Sequence record: SRR2962707_1682
Strand: one strand, 5' to 3'
Length of the DNA stretch: 45,040 nt
In this document: one piece after another, positions 19,066 through 28,099 of the stretch
Position numbering within the stretch: the first letter of the stretch is position 1
Layout of the letters: each line of letters opens with the position of its first letter
Translations under genes and position numbers: made by a program
Notes under the pieces: generated by a model
What the model saw: the letters and a program-made list of their open reading frames with translations, nothing else
Told to the model about the DNA's origin: nothing
Database searches by the model: none

Positions 19066-20424
19066 TTAGCTGGCAGCGGCAATCGTCGTGCTGACAATGG
19101 TTGGCGTGATCTGGTTTAGTACACGATTCCAGCGAGTTATCGGCTGTTCAGCCACAAAAATCACGTCGTTGGGGCGCAATTCAAACCGCGTGGCGAGCAA
19201 TAGGTTCGCCGCATTGCTTGCGTCCAGCTGCCATGCCGTAAGCGCAGAGAATTCCCGCGGATCGGGCGAGCCGCGCAAAACATAGATTTTGCTCACATTG
19301 CCGGTGTTCGTGGGAATGCCACCCTGGCTGTAAATCGCATCGGCAAGAGAAGCGGTGTTTCCGAAGGGCAGTGGGAAACGGCTTTGCTTTTCGACTTCAC
19401 CAGCAAGATAGACATAATCCCTGCCAGTCGATTCCAGAGTGAGCTGGGCTTGGAAGTTTGCGCGGGTTTCGGCAAGCGCGCCGCGGCGGATCGATACTTC
19501 GGCGTTCAGCTCATTCAAGGCCGAAATGCGTGATTGCTGGCGAAAGTTCGCAATCTGGATTTGCTCGGCGAAATAGGCCTGCGCAAGGTCCAGCTCATAG
19601 GTGGTGTCGACAAAGACGCTGTCGCCATCGATCAGCGGAACGCGCTGCAGGCCGCGATTGGAATAAAGCTCGGTCAGGGGGATCTGATACAGGTTACCGT
19701 CGCGGTATATACGGACCGAGGCATAATCCTGGTCAGTCACCGTAATGCCGCCCGCAGCAGCCAGAGCTTCGTCAAGGTATAGCGGTGTCAGAGAGATTGG
19801 CGCCACGGTTGGATTGGCGACAGCACCGCCGATAGAAATCTTTTTGGAATTGAATTCGGCAATCTCAAGGCTGAATGTCGGGTCGATCTGGTTTTCAACC
19901 AGACGCTGGAAAAGTTCCGCTTCGGCGGCCTCTAGCGTCAATCCGGAAACCACGACCCTGCCAACATTCGGGATCGAGATCGATCCATCATCCTGCACGG
20001 TATAACCCTGCCTGGAATTGGACGCAGCAAGCAGCCCGGTCAGTTGCTCAACCGTCGAACCTGTTTTCGGTGTCGCCAAAAGGACAACATCGCCAATTCC
20101 GATCTGATATGGTCGTACAGGTGCAGTCGGGGGAAGGCGTGATTCCATCGAAATCGGTTTGACACGCTGATCCAGTACGGAATCAGGAACGGCGCCGGGA
20201 CCGCGTAGCCCGCTGCCCGTCCCGCCCGTTTGAAAGAATGCCGCTGGAAGCGTTTTCGGACTGTAAGTCGACCTGTTCGCCACAAGGGCTGATTCAGCCG
20301 TAATGGGCAGTACGCGGACTTTGGCATCAGCCTGGACAAAAGAATTTATCGAAGGCGATTTATACACCACGCCACATCCAGCAACCCCTGCCAGAAGCAG
20401 AGACATCAGCGCTTTTTTTATCAT
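19066..20424 (-). CDS. wza: Polysaccharide export outer-membrane lipoprotein (Wza/GfcE family)
   Basis: Lipobox VAGC; YQIGIGD, VQDDGSISIPNVG and FELRPNDVIFV...ITRWNRVLNQI motifs. Confidence 0.9.
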   Translation of the reverse strand: MIKKALMSLLLAGVAGCGVVYKSPSINSFVQADAKVRVLPITAESALVANRSTYSPKTLPAAFFQTGGTGSGLRGPGAVPDSVLDQRVKPISMESRLPPTAPVRPYQIGIGDVVLLATPKTGSTVEQLTGLLAASNSRQGYTVQDDGSISIPNVGRVVVSGLTLEAAEAELFQRLVENQIDPTFSLEIAEFNSKKISIGGAVANPTVAPISLTPLYLDEALAAAGGITVTDQDYASVRIYRDGNLYQIPLTELYSNRGLQRVPLIDGDSVFVDTTYELDLAQAYFAEQIQIANFRQQSRISALNELNAEVSIRRGALAETRANFQAQLTLESTGRDYVYLAGEVEKQSRFPLPFGNTASLADAIYSQGGIPTNTGNVSKIYVLRGSPDPREFSALTAWQLDASNAANLLLATRFELRPNDVIFVAEQPITRWNRVLNQITPTIVSTTIAAAS

Positions 20425-20499
20425 GATTTCCAGCGTCCCAAATTAATGTCTGCAAAGTGCGTATAACTAGGAAAAGCTCGGGGAGCCATCTTAGGCAAG

Positions 20500-20532
20500 A
20501 AAAAAAAGCGAACCCGATCAAAGGTTCGCTTT
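20500..20532 (-). terminator. Intrinsic terminator after YjbE-like copy 2
   Basis: AAAGCGAACC/GGTTCGCTTT stem followed by a T-run on the minus strand. Confidence 0.8.
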
Positions 20533-20561
20533 CATGTCACACCCTGCGATACAAGGTTCAG

Positions 20562-20816
20562 TTAGCGAGTGACTGAAGTCGCAGGAGTGCTGCTGCCGCC
20601 ATCAAGGCCACCAGCTGCTACGCCAGCAACGACAACAACTGCCGCTACGATAGCCACTGTGCTTCCCACGCCGAGGCCACCGAGGCCGATGGAGGTTGCG
20701 GCCTGTGTGGATACAACTCCATCAGCCTTCTGAACGGGAGTGATCTGTTGTGCATTCACAACGGAACCCGAAAGCAGCGCAACCGAAGCAATGATGCCGA
20801 AAAAACCAGTTTTCAT
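20562..20816 (-). CDS. Small secreted Gly/Ser/Thr-rich protein, YjbE/GfcA-like (copy 2, 84 aa)
   Basis: AGGAG RBS; signal peptide, hydrophobic segment and GGSSTPATSVTR tail; located between yjbF and wza. Confidence 0.75.
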   Translation of the reverse strand: MKTGFFGIIASVALLSGSVVNAQQITPVQKADGVVSTQAATSIGLGGLGVGSTVAIVAAVVVVAGVAAGGLDGGSSTPATSVTR

Positions 20817-20991
20817 TTCTTGTCTCCTGATAAAATTTTTAATGATCTTGCATCCCCAAGCTTGCCAGAACAATCCGGCCAAGAAAAGGGAATTCGGCAA
20901 AACATTAACATGTTTTACCGACTGTTACAATCGTGTCTGAATATCTGGGCACCGACAAGAAGTGCACAAATATTAATGTCTTTGAACAAAG

Positions 20992-21020
20992 AAAAAGCGA
21001 ACCCGATATGGGCTCGCTTT
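20992..21020 (-). terminator. Intrinsic terminator after YjbE-like copy 1
   Basis: AAAGCGAGCCC/GGGTTCGCTTT stem plus Ts; near-identical to the 20500-20532 hairpin. Confidence 0.75.
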
Positions 21021-21040
21021 AAGATCTCAGAAACCGTTTA

Positions 21041-21304
21041 TTAGCGAGTGAGTGCCGTTGTGGAAGTGCTGCTGCCGCCGCCACCGAATCCACCAGCTGC
21101 GGCCACGCCGCCAACGACAACAATCGTCCCGATAAGCGCCGCTGTACCGGCGGCGCCAAGGCCACCAAGGCCAAAGCCAATCCCAGCAGCCTGAGAGGAT
21201 ACAATGCCGTCATTCATTTGAAGCGGCGCGACCTGTTCTGCGCTCACAGCAGAACCTAGTAGCAGCGCGGCGGACGCAACGATGCCAATAAATGTAGTCT
21301 TCAT
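21041..21304 (-). CDS. Small secreted Gly/Ser/Thr-rich protein, YjbE/GfcA-like (copy 1, 87 aa)
   Basis: AGGAG RBS; MKTTFIGIVASAALL signal peptide; paralogous to 20562-20816; GGGGSSTSTTALTR tail. Confidence 0.75.
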   Translation of the reverse strand: MKTTFIGIVASAALLLGSAVSAEQVAPLQMNDGIVSSQAAGIGFGLGGLGAAGTAALIGTIVVVGGVAAAGGFGGGGSSTSTTALTR

Positions 21305-21430
21305 TCGTAGTCTCCTAGAGAAATCCATGATGTCCAAACATAGCCTATCTTCAAGAGGTTTCAAACGGAATTCCCCAAGAAAATCATGATATATTAGGGG
21401 GTTAGAGGGCATTTATCGTAGTTTTGTTAA

Positions 21431-22084
21431 CTAAATTTTTACTATTTCAATATCCGCATAGCCAACATAGTGGCCCACCCACTGATGCGATTTGCGTATT
21501 ACACCGTTACTATCCAGCCAATAACGATTCTGGAATCGCGTGTTGGGCCCGACGCAGTCCTCGGTCACTAACTCGGTGCTAAACCGCCCTCCAAGAGTGT
21601 CGACAGAAACGTTGCTTCTTCTTTCATAGGTGCAAACAAAGGCCATAGCCTCAAGGTGATCTTCACCGTTCAGGTAGCGGTGGATTCGTGTAGATGTTCT
21701 GGCTTCGCCACGTATGACAGCATTGATTTGCCCCAGATCCGTGGTCATCAGATCGCCGCCTAGCCCACGGGTTTCAGTGAGTAGGCCGGATTCCAGGGTC
21801 AAGGTGATTCCATCCTGGGTCCGCCAAATTTCACGTGCGCCAGTCCGTTGGGCCAATAGCACACCAGCCTGAACGCTGCGTTCGGGCAGCTCGACGAGTA
21901 ACACCGGCTGGTTCAGATTTTCCAGCGCCTCGGGCGTCAAGGTTTGACGTAGATCTACTTTTGCCGCGGGGGAAAACAGACCGTTAATGGCGTTCCGAAG
22001 CAAAGCAACCTGTTCCCCGTTCGAATTCGTACCGCAAGAGGCAAGCGCCATTGCGCAAATGAGGGCGATTGAAATATGTTTCAT
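21431..22084 (-). CDS. yjbF: YjbF/GfcB family lipoprotein
   Basis: Lipobox LASC; TRGLGGDL and FQNRYWLD...IRKSHQWVG motifs; start overlaps the yjbH stop. Confidence 0.85.
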   Translation of the reverse strand: MKHISIALICAMALASCGTNSNGEQVALLRNAINGLFSPAAKVDLRQTLTPEALENLNQPVLLVELPERSVQAGVLLAQRTGAREIWRTQDGITLTLESGLLTETRGLGGDLMTTDLGQINAVIRGEARTSTRIHRYLNGEDHLEAMAFVCTYERRSNVSVDTLGGRFSTELVTEDCVGPNTRFQNRYWLDSNGVIRKSHQWVGHYVGYADIEIVKI

Positions 22085-24213
22085 CTCCAGAACCTCCCCC
22101 ATTCCGATTGCAATTCAGGCTGGTGAAAGTCGCGAACGCTTTCGTATAGACGACCCTGGACATCCAGCTTCGCGCCGCCATCGCGCTGCACCAGCCGCAG
22201 TGTTCGGCCGATCCGCCGATTGGTCAGTATGCCGGTGATCGCGGACAATGGAATTTCGAATTCGATGCCCTTGTCAAAAGACCCTTCGCCAAAGTCGTCA
22301 AAGGATACATCCGTAAAGGTCGCAAAAGCCCCGATCCGGATACCGTTGTCAAATTCCCGACCAGCTGAAAGCGTTGTGCCCCAGTCACCGGCCAAATAAC
22401 GGCCTGCGTCCACTTGGTAGGTATAGCCACCTTCGGTTTCGTAGTATGTCGAAAGGTGACCTGTCATCACTTCATAGTCCTGAAATCCAAAACGCTGGTC
22501 AAAGTCACGTTGCTTGACATAGTTTGCCTCAATTCCGAACGCTAGGCGGCTAGTCACGGGTTTCCAGAGCAGTTCACCGGACAGTCCGCCGTACATTGAT
22601 TCAAGATAGCCGGCAGTCAAACGGCCATAGAGGTCTGTACCCGGGCGAAAATATTTTGCTGCTGTCAGGCTGGACAACGCTGTCTGGCCATCGCGCGCGT
22701 AAATCCCAAAATCCGAGCGGACATGGCGGATTTCCGAATTCGACTCCGCCAGATCGCTCTGATTACCGGTAAGTCGGTGGCGTAGGACACCTTGGAAGAC
22801 GACACCGGGCTGTGGTTCGTAACGCCCGGACAAAGCCACCCCGAGATCAAGCCGGATCGGCTGGTCCGGGTCAAAGTATGTTGCGGAAATATAGGGCCCG
22901 AAACCCCAGGTGAAATCTGGATATGCTAGGCGGGACGGGGCAACTCTGTCAGACGGATAGGCATCCGATATATCAGCACGGGCTAGCGTCTGCCACGCGC
23001 CGTCCGGTGCGTGGACCAGTTCCTCGATATCGCTGCGCTTTAGGGTGATCCGCGACAACGGTATTCCGTTGGCGTTGACCGGCGTCAGCACGAAAGTTTC
23101 GACAGATGCGGGCATCAATTGTGTAAGGATACGGGTTGCGCGACCAATTGCCTGTGCGGAATTGCGATAGTCTTCGTTGCGGAACCGTACCTGAACCGTT
23201 CGAGCATCGATAGCAAAGGCATCAAGCCGCAGGCCGCTTTGCCCGAAAACTTCCGAGACGTTGTTGCTCAGAATCTCGGACGCGTCGGCCTGTTGTGTCC
23301 AACCCAAGTCCTGGGCGGACCCTGTGGGCCGCATGGCCACCAGCGGCGGCGCGGGTTCGGTGCCACCCGGTCGGCTGTTCGGGTTCTTTGGGTCAAAGCT
23401 GTATGTCAGGCGTACCGCAGCTTCGGAGCCGTATAGATAGGCCGCGCTGAGATCCACACCATTTCTGAACCTGTAGCTGACCCCGACGTTAATCGGTGAT
23501 TCGATGTCTATAAGGCCGCGCGAAGTTTCTGCTTCGTACGCATCCGAGGAATATTCTGCCGTCAGGACAAGTTGATCGTTGACCTGATACTGGACACCAC
23601 CGAAGAGGGCGGCATCGCCGCGAAACCACTGACCGGTATCCAGCTGACCTGTGGTAGAATCCGTGGGCCGGGTGTCGAAGTCATCGCCCAAAAACCCAAG
23701 CGGATTGTCAAAGCCGTTGTAGCTGCCGAATCGACCCCACCCGATGCCACCGGTCGCGCGCAAACGCCCGAAAGTTTTGCTTGCGACGATGTATTCACCA
23801 GCGTAGATGCCGGTGCCACCAAAATCCTGAAGCCCAACGGTCACGGCAGGCATGCGTTCGGATTCGTGACTGATCAGATAGCGCAGGTCAAAGCTACGGT
23901 CATAATAGTCTTCCTGGACAGAACTGTAACCTTGGATTTTGCTGTACCGGAACACCCCCGATAAACGTGGCGTGATCTGGAAATAAGCGGAGTTGCGGAA
24001 GGTTCCGGAAAACATACCAAAGGTAAAGGAGATGTCGCCATCTGCCATGGGGTGTCCCCCCGGCATATCGATAAGCCCCGGCACGCCCATAAAGTTCAGT
24101 GTCGGACGGCTCCAGGGTTCATCCTGAGCGCGGCCAACACCGGGTGACCCAGTTGCCATGGCCAATGCGAGCCCCGCGTAGCCAACGCAATATTTCAGAG
24201 GAAGAATCTTCAT
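22081..24213 (-). CDS. yjbH: YjbH/GfcD family outer-membrane protein
   Basis: GVPGLIDMP, DRSFD, AGYLESMYGG, GRYLAGDWG and FGEGSFDKG motifs. Confidence 0.9.
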   Translation of the reverse strand: MKILPLKYCVGYAGLALAMATGSPGVGRAQDEPWSRPTLNFMGVPGLIDMPGGHPMADGDISFTFGMFSGTFRNSAYFQITPRLSGVFRYSKIQGYSSVQEDYYDRSFDLRYLISHESERMPAVTVGLQDFGGTGIYAGEYIVASKTFGRLRATGGIGWGRFGSYNGFDNPLGFLGDDFDTRPTDSTTGQLDTGQWFRGDAALFGGVQYQVNDQLVLTAEYSSDAYEAETSRGLIDIESPINVGVSYRFRNGVDLSAAYLYGSEAAVRLTYSFDPKNPNSRPGGTEPAPPLVAMRPTGSAQDLGWTQQADASEILSNNVSEVFGQSGLRLDAFAIDARTVQVRFRNEDYRNSAQAIGRATRILTQLMPASVETFVLTPVNANGIPLSRITLKRSDIEELVHAPDGAWQTLARADISDAYPSDRVAPSRLAYPDFTWGFGPYISATYFDPDQPIRLDLGVALSGRYEPQPGVVFQGVLRHRLTGNQSDLAESNSEIRHVRSDFGIYARDGQTALSSLTAAKYFRPGTDLYGRLTAGYLESMYGGLSGELLWKPVTSRLAFGIEANYVKQRDFDQRFGFQDYEVMTGHLSTYYETEGGYTYQVDAGRYLAGDWGTTLSAGREFDNGIRIGAFATFTDVSFDDFGEGSFDKGIEFEIPLSAITGILTNRRIGRTLRLVQRDGGAKLDVQGRLYESVRDFHQPELQSEWGRFWR

Positions 24214-24357
24214 GAGTACCTTTTTGCACGCGCGGTTTGGATATTTCGGACCCCGTTTGGGACTGCCGATTGGATGATAACTGTATGCACGTAAATTTCA
24301 CACCCGTGAGTCTAAAGACCACTTGGACGCAGAGAACAAAAAGCCTAATAGACCCGT

Positions 24358-25101
24358 ATGCGATTTTTTTTTCGGAAACGTGCCCCCAAGCCCACATTTG
24401 ATGCCCCGCTGATGCCGGAGTCACCGTTCTTTGCTGTTGGCGATGTTCATGGGCGGGTTGATTTGCTGCAGGACCTTCTGCGACGCCTGCATGAAACTGA
24501 ACATCCAGCGGCAAAGCTAATATTGGTCGGAGACTACGTCGACCGCGGCGATCATAGCCGGGAGGTCCTGGATTTGCTTCAGTCCCTACAGGCCGACCAT
24601 CCCGATGACCTCATCTGCCTGATGGGGAATCATGAACGTATGCTTCTGGAATTCCTGGATGATCCTGAAAAACGCGGTCCGCGCTGGCTTAGGAATGGCG
24701 GATTGCAGACATTGGCAAGCTACCGCATCGCGGCGGTGACGCAAAATAGCAGTCCGGAAGTCTGGAAGGCGACCCGAGACAATTTCCGCGCCGCACTTGG
24801 TCAGGGCGAAGAATGGCTGCGGGGTTTGCCGTTGATCTGGCGCACGGGGAACATTGCAGTCGTGCACGCCGGGGCGGATCCTGCGCGCCCGATCACTGAT
24901 CAGGACGACGCAACTTTGCTTTGGGGGCATCGGGATTTTGCCACAACGCCCCGAAATGACGGCATCTGGGTCGTTCACGGTCACACGATCGTTGATTTTC
25001 CCGAATCGATTGAGGGCAGGATCCCTCTTGATACTGGCGCCTACGGGACAGGGCGGCTGACCGCTGCCTTGATCGAAAAGGGGTCGGTCAGGTTTTTCTG
25101 A
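24358..25101 (+). CDS. Metallophosphoesterase (PPP-type Ser/Thr phosphatase family)
   Basis: GDVHG, GDYVDRG, GNHE, HAG, HGHT and DTGA motifs. Confidence 0.9.
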   Translation: MRFFFRKRAPKPTFDAPLMPESPFFAVGDVHGRVDLLQDLLRRLHETEHPAAKLILVGDYVDRGDHSREVLDLLQSLQADHPDDLICLMGNHERMLLEFLDDPEKRGPRWLRNGGLQTLASYRIAAVTQNSSPEVWKATRDNFRAALGQGEEWLRGLPLIWRTGNIAVVHAGADPARPITDQDDATLLWGHRDFATTPRNDGIWVVHGHTIVDFPESIEGRIPLDTGAYGTGRLTAALIEKGSVRFF

Positions 25102-25149
25102 CCGACCCCTTCAGGCACCTGTGGGCTGCTCTATTTAAGAAGCAGCCCA
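25078..25149. terminator. Two hairpins between convergent genes (probable bidirectional termination)
   Basis: 14-bp perfect IR 25078-25091/25098-25111 spanning the phosphatase stop codon, and a 9-bp IR 25122-25130/25141-25149. Confidence 0.6.
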
Positions 25150-25160
25150 AATTTTTTGAT

Positions 25161-25865
25161 TTACTTGCCGGTCCTGTTCACGACGGAATTTGCGGTCGCG
25201 CAGATGATTTTGATGTCGGTGACCAATGAGATGGATGAGACGTATTCAACGTCCATATTGACCCGCTCATCATAGCTCACATCGTTACGCCCAGAAACTT
25301 GCCAAAGACCGGTGATACCTGGCGACATCGAGACGTAGATCCCTTTGTATGGGCCGTATTTCTTTAGCTCTTCTCTGACGATGGGACGGGGTCCAACAAA
25401 GCTCATCTCGCCCTTTACCACGTTCCAGATCTGGGGAAGCTCGTCGAGGCTGCTTTTGCGAAGGAATCGTCCCAGCGGGGTGATACGCGGATCATCTGTC
25501 AGCTTGTGGTCTTGGGCCCATTCGGCGGCGGCCTCGGGATTGTCTGACAGGTGTTTGCGCAGCTTGCGTTCGGCATCGAACACCATCGAGCGTACTTTCC
25601 AGCACGGAAATACCTTGCCGTTACGGCCGACGCGGCGATGGGCAAAAAAACCCGGGCCTCCGTCACGGCGTACAAGCAGCCAGAGCACAAAAAGCACCGG
25701 GGCAATGACAGGCAACAGCACGATGGCGAGAGTCACATCGAAAATGCGCTTGCCGCGGCGCGAGTAAATATTTTGGGCCGGTTCACCGGTTGTTTGGCCA
25801 CTTTCTGCAACCGGTACGTGAATGCCGTCGATCCAGTTGCTAGCGTAAGACTGCTTCGTGCTCAT
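25161..25865 (-). CDS. Priming phosphoglycosyl transferase (bacterial sugar transferase, ExoY/WbaP C-domain type)
   Basis: KRIFDV, DDPRITPLGRFLRKSSLDELPQIWNV, MSFVGPRP and PGITGLWQVSGR motifs. Confidence 0.92.
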   Translation of the reverse strand: MSTKQSYASNWIDGIHVPVAESGQTTGEPAQNIYSRRGKRIFDVTLAIVLLPVIAPVLFVLWLLVRRDGGPGFFAHRRVGRNGKVFPCWKVRSMVFDAERKLRKHLSDNPEAAAEWAQDHKLTDDPRITPLGRFLRKSSLDELPQIWNVVKGEMSFVGPRPIVREELKKYGPYKGIYVSMSPGITGLWQVSGRNDVSYDERVNMDVEYVSSISLVTDIKIICATANSVVNRTGK

Positions 25866-26056
25866 GTCGGAAACTCCAACTTCGGATAATCTAGGAATGC
25901 ATTGCGGGTTTGCGTCATTTGGGTTCTTCCAGTCAGCTAAACGCCGTCTGTGAGGGCAAATTTACTGGGAAAAATTTATACTACGGGCGCTTCGAAACTA
26001 ACTCTTAAGGATGTTGTGTAGCCAACATGAATCCGGATGTGAAGACTGACGAGAGT

Positions 26057-26083
26057 TTAATAAATAGTTAACAAGTGTTTAAC
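26057..26083. promoter_or_regulatory. Tandem overlapping CtrA boxes TTAA-N7-TTAA-N7-TTAAC
   Basis: TTAA at 26057, 26068 and 26079, in the AT-rich region upstream of the sugar transferase. Confidence 0.65.
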
Positions 26084-26522
26084 AATTGTGCATGTTAGCC
26101 ATTTTTTGCACCATTTTTCCATCAAACTTTAGACGCGGTTTCTAACGGTAGTATTAACCTTCTGATAAGGAATGTTAAAATTTGGCACCACTGATGACGT
26201 TCATCCGCAGTCGTGGGACAGGTAAACAACCTAAAGAAAGTTCGATTACTTTCCCTGACGTTCGTTTTTTGAGCACTTGAAGCCCTCTTTGCGCCACCTG
26301 AGCAAAGATTGCGCCTACCAAGCAGTTTGCTCCTGCAGGATGAATCGCGCACTGATCGCGATCTTCCGACCCGTTTGAACGTGGAAAAGCGCTTCGAACG
26401 GATTGAAACGCCCGCAAACATCACGAAATTTCCAGTGATTCTCTGGTAGCAATAGGGTGTGAAGGCGAATAGACGTCCGTAAGCCGCGCAAGAAGCGCGG
26501 CCGCGGTGTCTGATAGGGAAAA

Positions 26523-26598
26523 TGGGGCGACTGACGGGTTTCGAACCCGCGACCACTCGGACCACAACCGAGAGCTCTACCACTGAGCTACAGTCGCC
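26523..26598 (-). tRNA. tRNA-His (GUG) with encoded G-1, C73 discriminator and CCA
   Basis: Cloverleaf: G GCGACTG TA GCTC AGTGGTA GAGC T CTCGG TTGTGGT CCGAG TGGTC GCGGG TTCGAAA CCCGT CAGTCGC C CCA. Confidence 0.97.
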
Positions 26599-26609
26599 GC
26601 AGTGGCTCG

Positions 26610-26638
26610 GATTTAGCGAATGCTTTGCGGCTTGTCCA
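26610..26638 (-). promoter_or_regulatory. Putative sigma70 promoter of tRNA-His
   Basis: TGGACA-N17-TAAATC ending 11 nt upstream of G-1. Confidence 0.55.
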
Positions 26639-26773
26639 TAGCCTTTTGGCTTATTTTCGTAGCATAATCGAATGAAAAATTCGGCTCAAACGCATTCGGT
26701 ATCAATAGCTTACGATAAAGCGTGTCCGGCCCTGAAATAACACAGCGAAACCAATGATCGTTGGTCTATGTCC

Positions 26774-28099
26774 TCAGACGGTGCGCGCGGCGGCAAACTC
26801 AGCTACCGTAATGTCCTGCTGGGCGCCCGTTGTCATGTTCTTGAGCTGGTGCTTTCCCTCACGGACGATCCACACATAGGGAATGGCTTTATCGTTGGCG
26901 TACTTCAGCTGTTTGTCTAGGCGCGGCACGTCCGGGAGGATTTCGGCATTCGTACCCGTTGCGCGGATTTGCGCGGCCAGCGCTGCGATCTCGGCTTCGG
27001 ACAGCGACGCGTCGCTTACCACCAACACGTCGGTTGGGGTACTACGGCCCGGTTCAAGAAGGCCCTCAGTCAGCAGCTTCGTAAAGATCCGGGTTAGGCC
27101 AATGGAAATGCCGACGCCAGGCAGCTTTCGCTTCATGAATTGCCCGACAAGGTTTTCGTAGCGCCCGCCTGCGCAGATCGACGGGTACCCGGGAAAATCG
27201 ATGAACCGCGCCTCGTAAACCACGCCAGTGTAATAGTCGAAGCCGCGCGAAATCGCGAGATCGCCGTCAATGATGAACCCGGCGGGGCGGCTTTTTTCAA
27301 CCTTGGTGAGCAGTGTGCACAGAGCATCGCGGCCGGCGTCGATGTCGGGGTTCGACAGGCCAAGCGCATTGATCCCATCTGCAATCGCGTCGGGTCCACC
27401 TTTAATCTGGCAAAAGCGCACGCAGGTGTCGATGCCGTCGATATCAAGACCCAACTCTGTAGACAGGCGTTCGGACAGCTGTTCGGTGCTCAGCTTGTCG
27501 ACCTTGTCGAGAATCCGTGCCAACAGTGTGCCATCCGATAGGCCAATGTGGGTGGCAAGGCCGTCCATGATCCGACGGTTAGACACCTGGAACTTGACCG
27601 GCCCGACGTTCAGCCGTGTGAGCGCCACCACAGCCATCTCAAGCATTTCAGCATCATAAGAGAGCGAGACGGTGTCCTGGTCGATTACATCGATGTCGCA
27701 TTGGGTGAATTCGCGATACCGTCCTTCTTGCGGGCGTTCGCCACGCCAGCAGCGCTGCATCTGGTAGCGCTTAAACGGAAACGCAAGGTTGCCGTGTTGC
27801 TTGGCCACATAACGTGCGGTCGGGACGGTCAGGTCATAATGCAGCGCCAGCTTTGCACTGGTCGTTTCGCCGACTGCGGCAAGCCGGGTCAGGGCATAGA
27901 TTTCCTTGTCCACATCTTCGCCTTTGGCGGCGAGCGTCTGGACCGTTTCAACCGAAGGCGTTTCGATATTCGCGTAGCCGTAGCTTTCAAAGACCTGGGC
28001 GAGCGTGGCCAGCCACCGCCGCTCCACATCCCGCACACCGGGAGTGAATTCGGGAAATCCGCTTATCGCGAAATTGAGCTTGGTCTTGGCGCCTGCCAT
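26774..28099 (-). CDS. hisS: Histidine--tRNA ligase (RPQ-loop type, not the usual Rhodobacterales type)
   Basis: ISGFPEF, YDLTVP, motif 2 WRGERPQEGRYREFTQCDID, RGFDYYTG, AGGRYENL, GVGISIGLTR and a C-terminal anticodon-binding domain. Confidence 0.95.
   Translation of the reverse strand: MAGAKTKLNFAISGFPEFTPGVRDVERRWLATLAQVFESYGYANIETPSVETVQTLAAKGEDVDKEIYALTRLAAVGETTSAKLALHYDLTVPTARYVAKQHGNLAFPFKRYQMQRCWRGERPQEGRYREFTQCDIDVIDQDTVSLSYDAEMLEMAVVALTRLNVGPVKFQVSNRRIMDGLATHIGLSDGTLLARILDKVDKLSTEQLSERLSTELGLDIDGIDTCVRFCQIKGGPDAIADGINALGLSNPDIDAGRDALCTLLTKVEKSRPAGFIIDGDLAISRGFDYYTGVVYEARFIDFPGYPSICAGGRYENLVGQFMKRKLPGVGISIGLTRIFTKLLTEGLLEPGRSTPTDVLVVSDASLSEAEIAALAAQIRATGTNAEILPDVPRLDKQLKYANDKAIPYVWIVREGKHQLKNMTTGAQQDITVAEFAAARTV

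Noticed and set aside
26122-26583. 153-aa minus-strand ORF
   Set aside because: Starts inside the tRNA-His gene and crosses AT-rich regulatory DNA; no protein features.
26400-26600. tRNA-His as an integration site of a genomic island
   Set aside because: No integrase, and I saw no duplicated tRNA 3' end (att) in the window.
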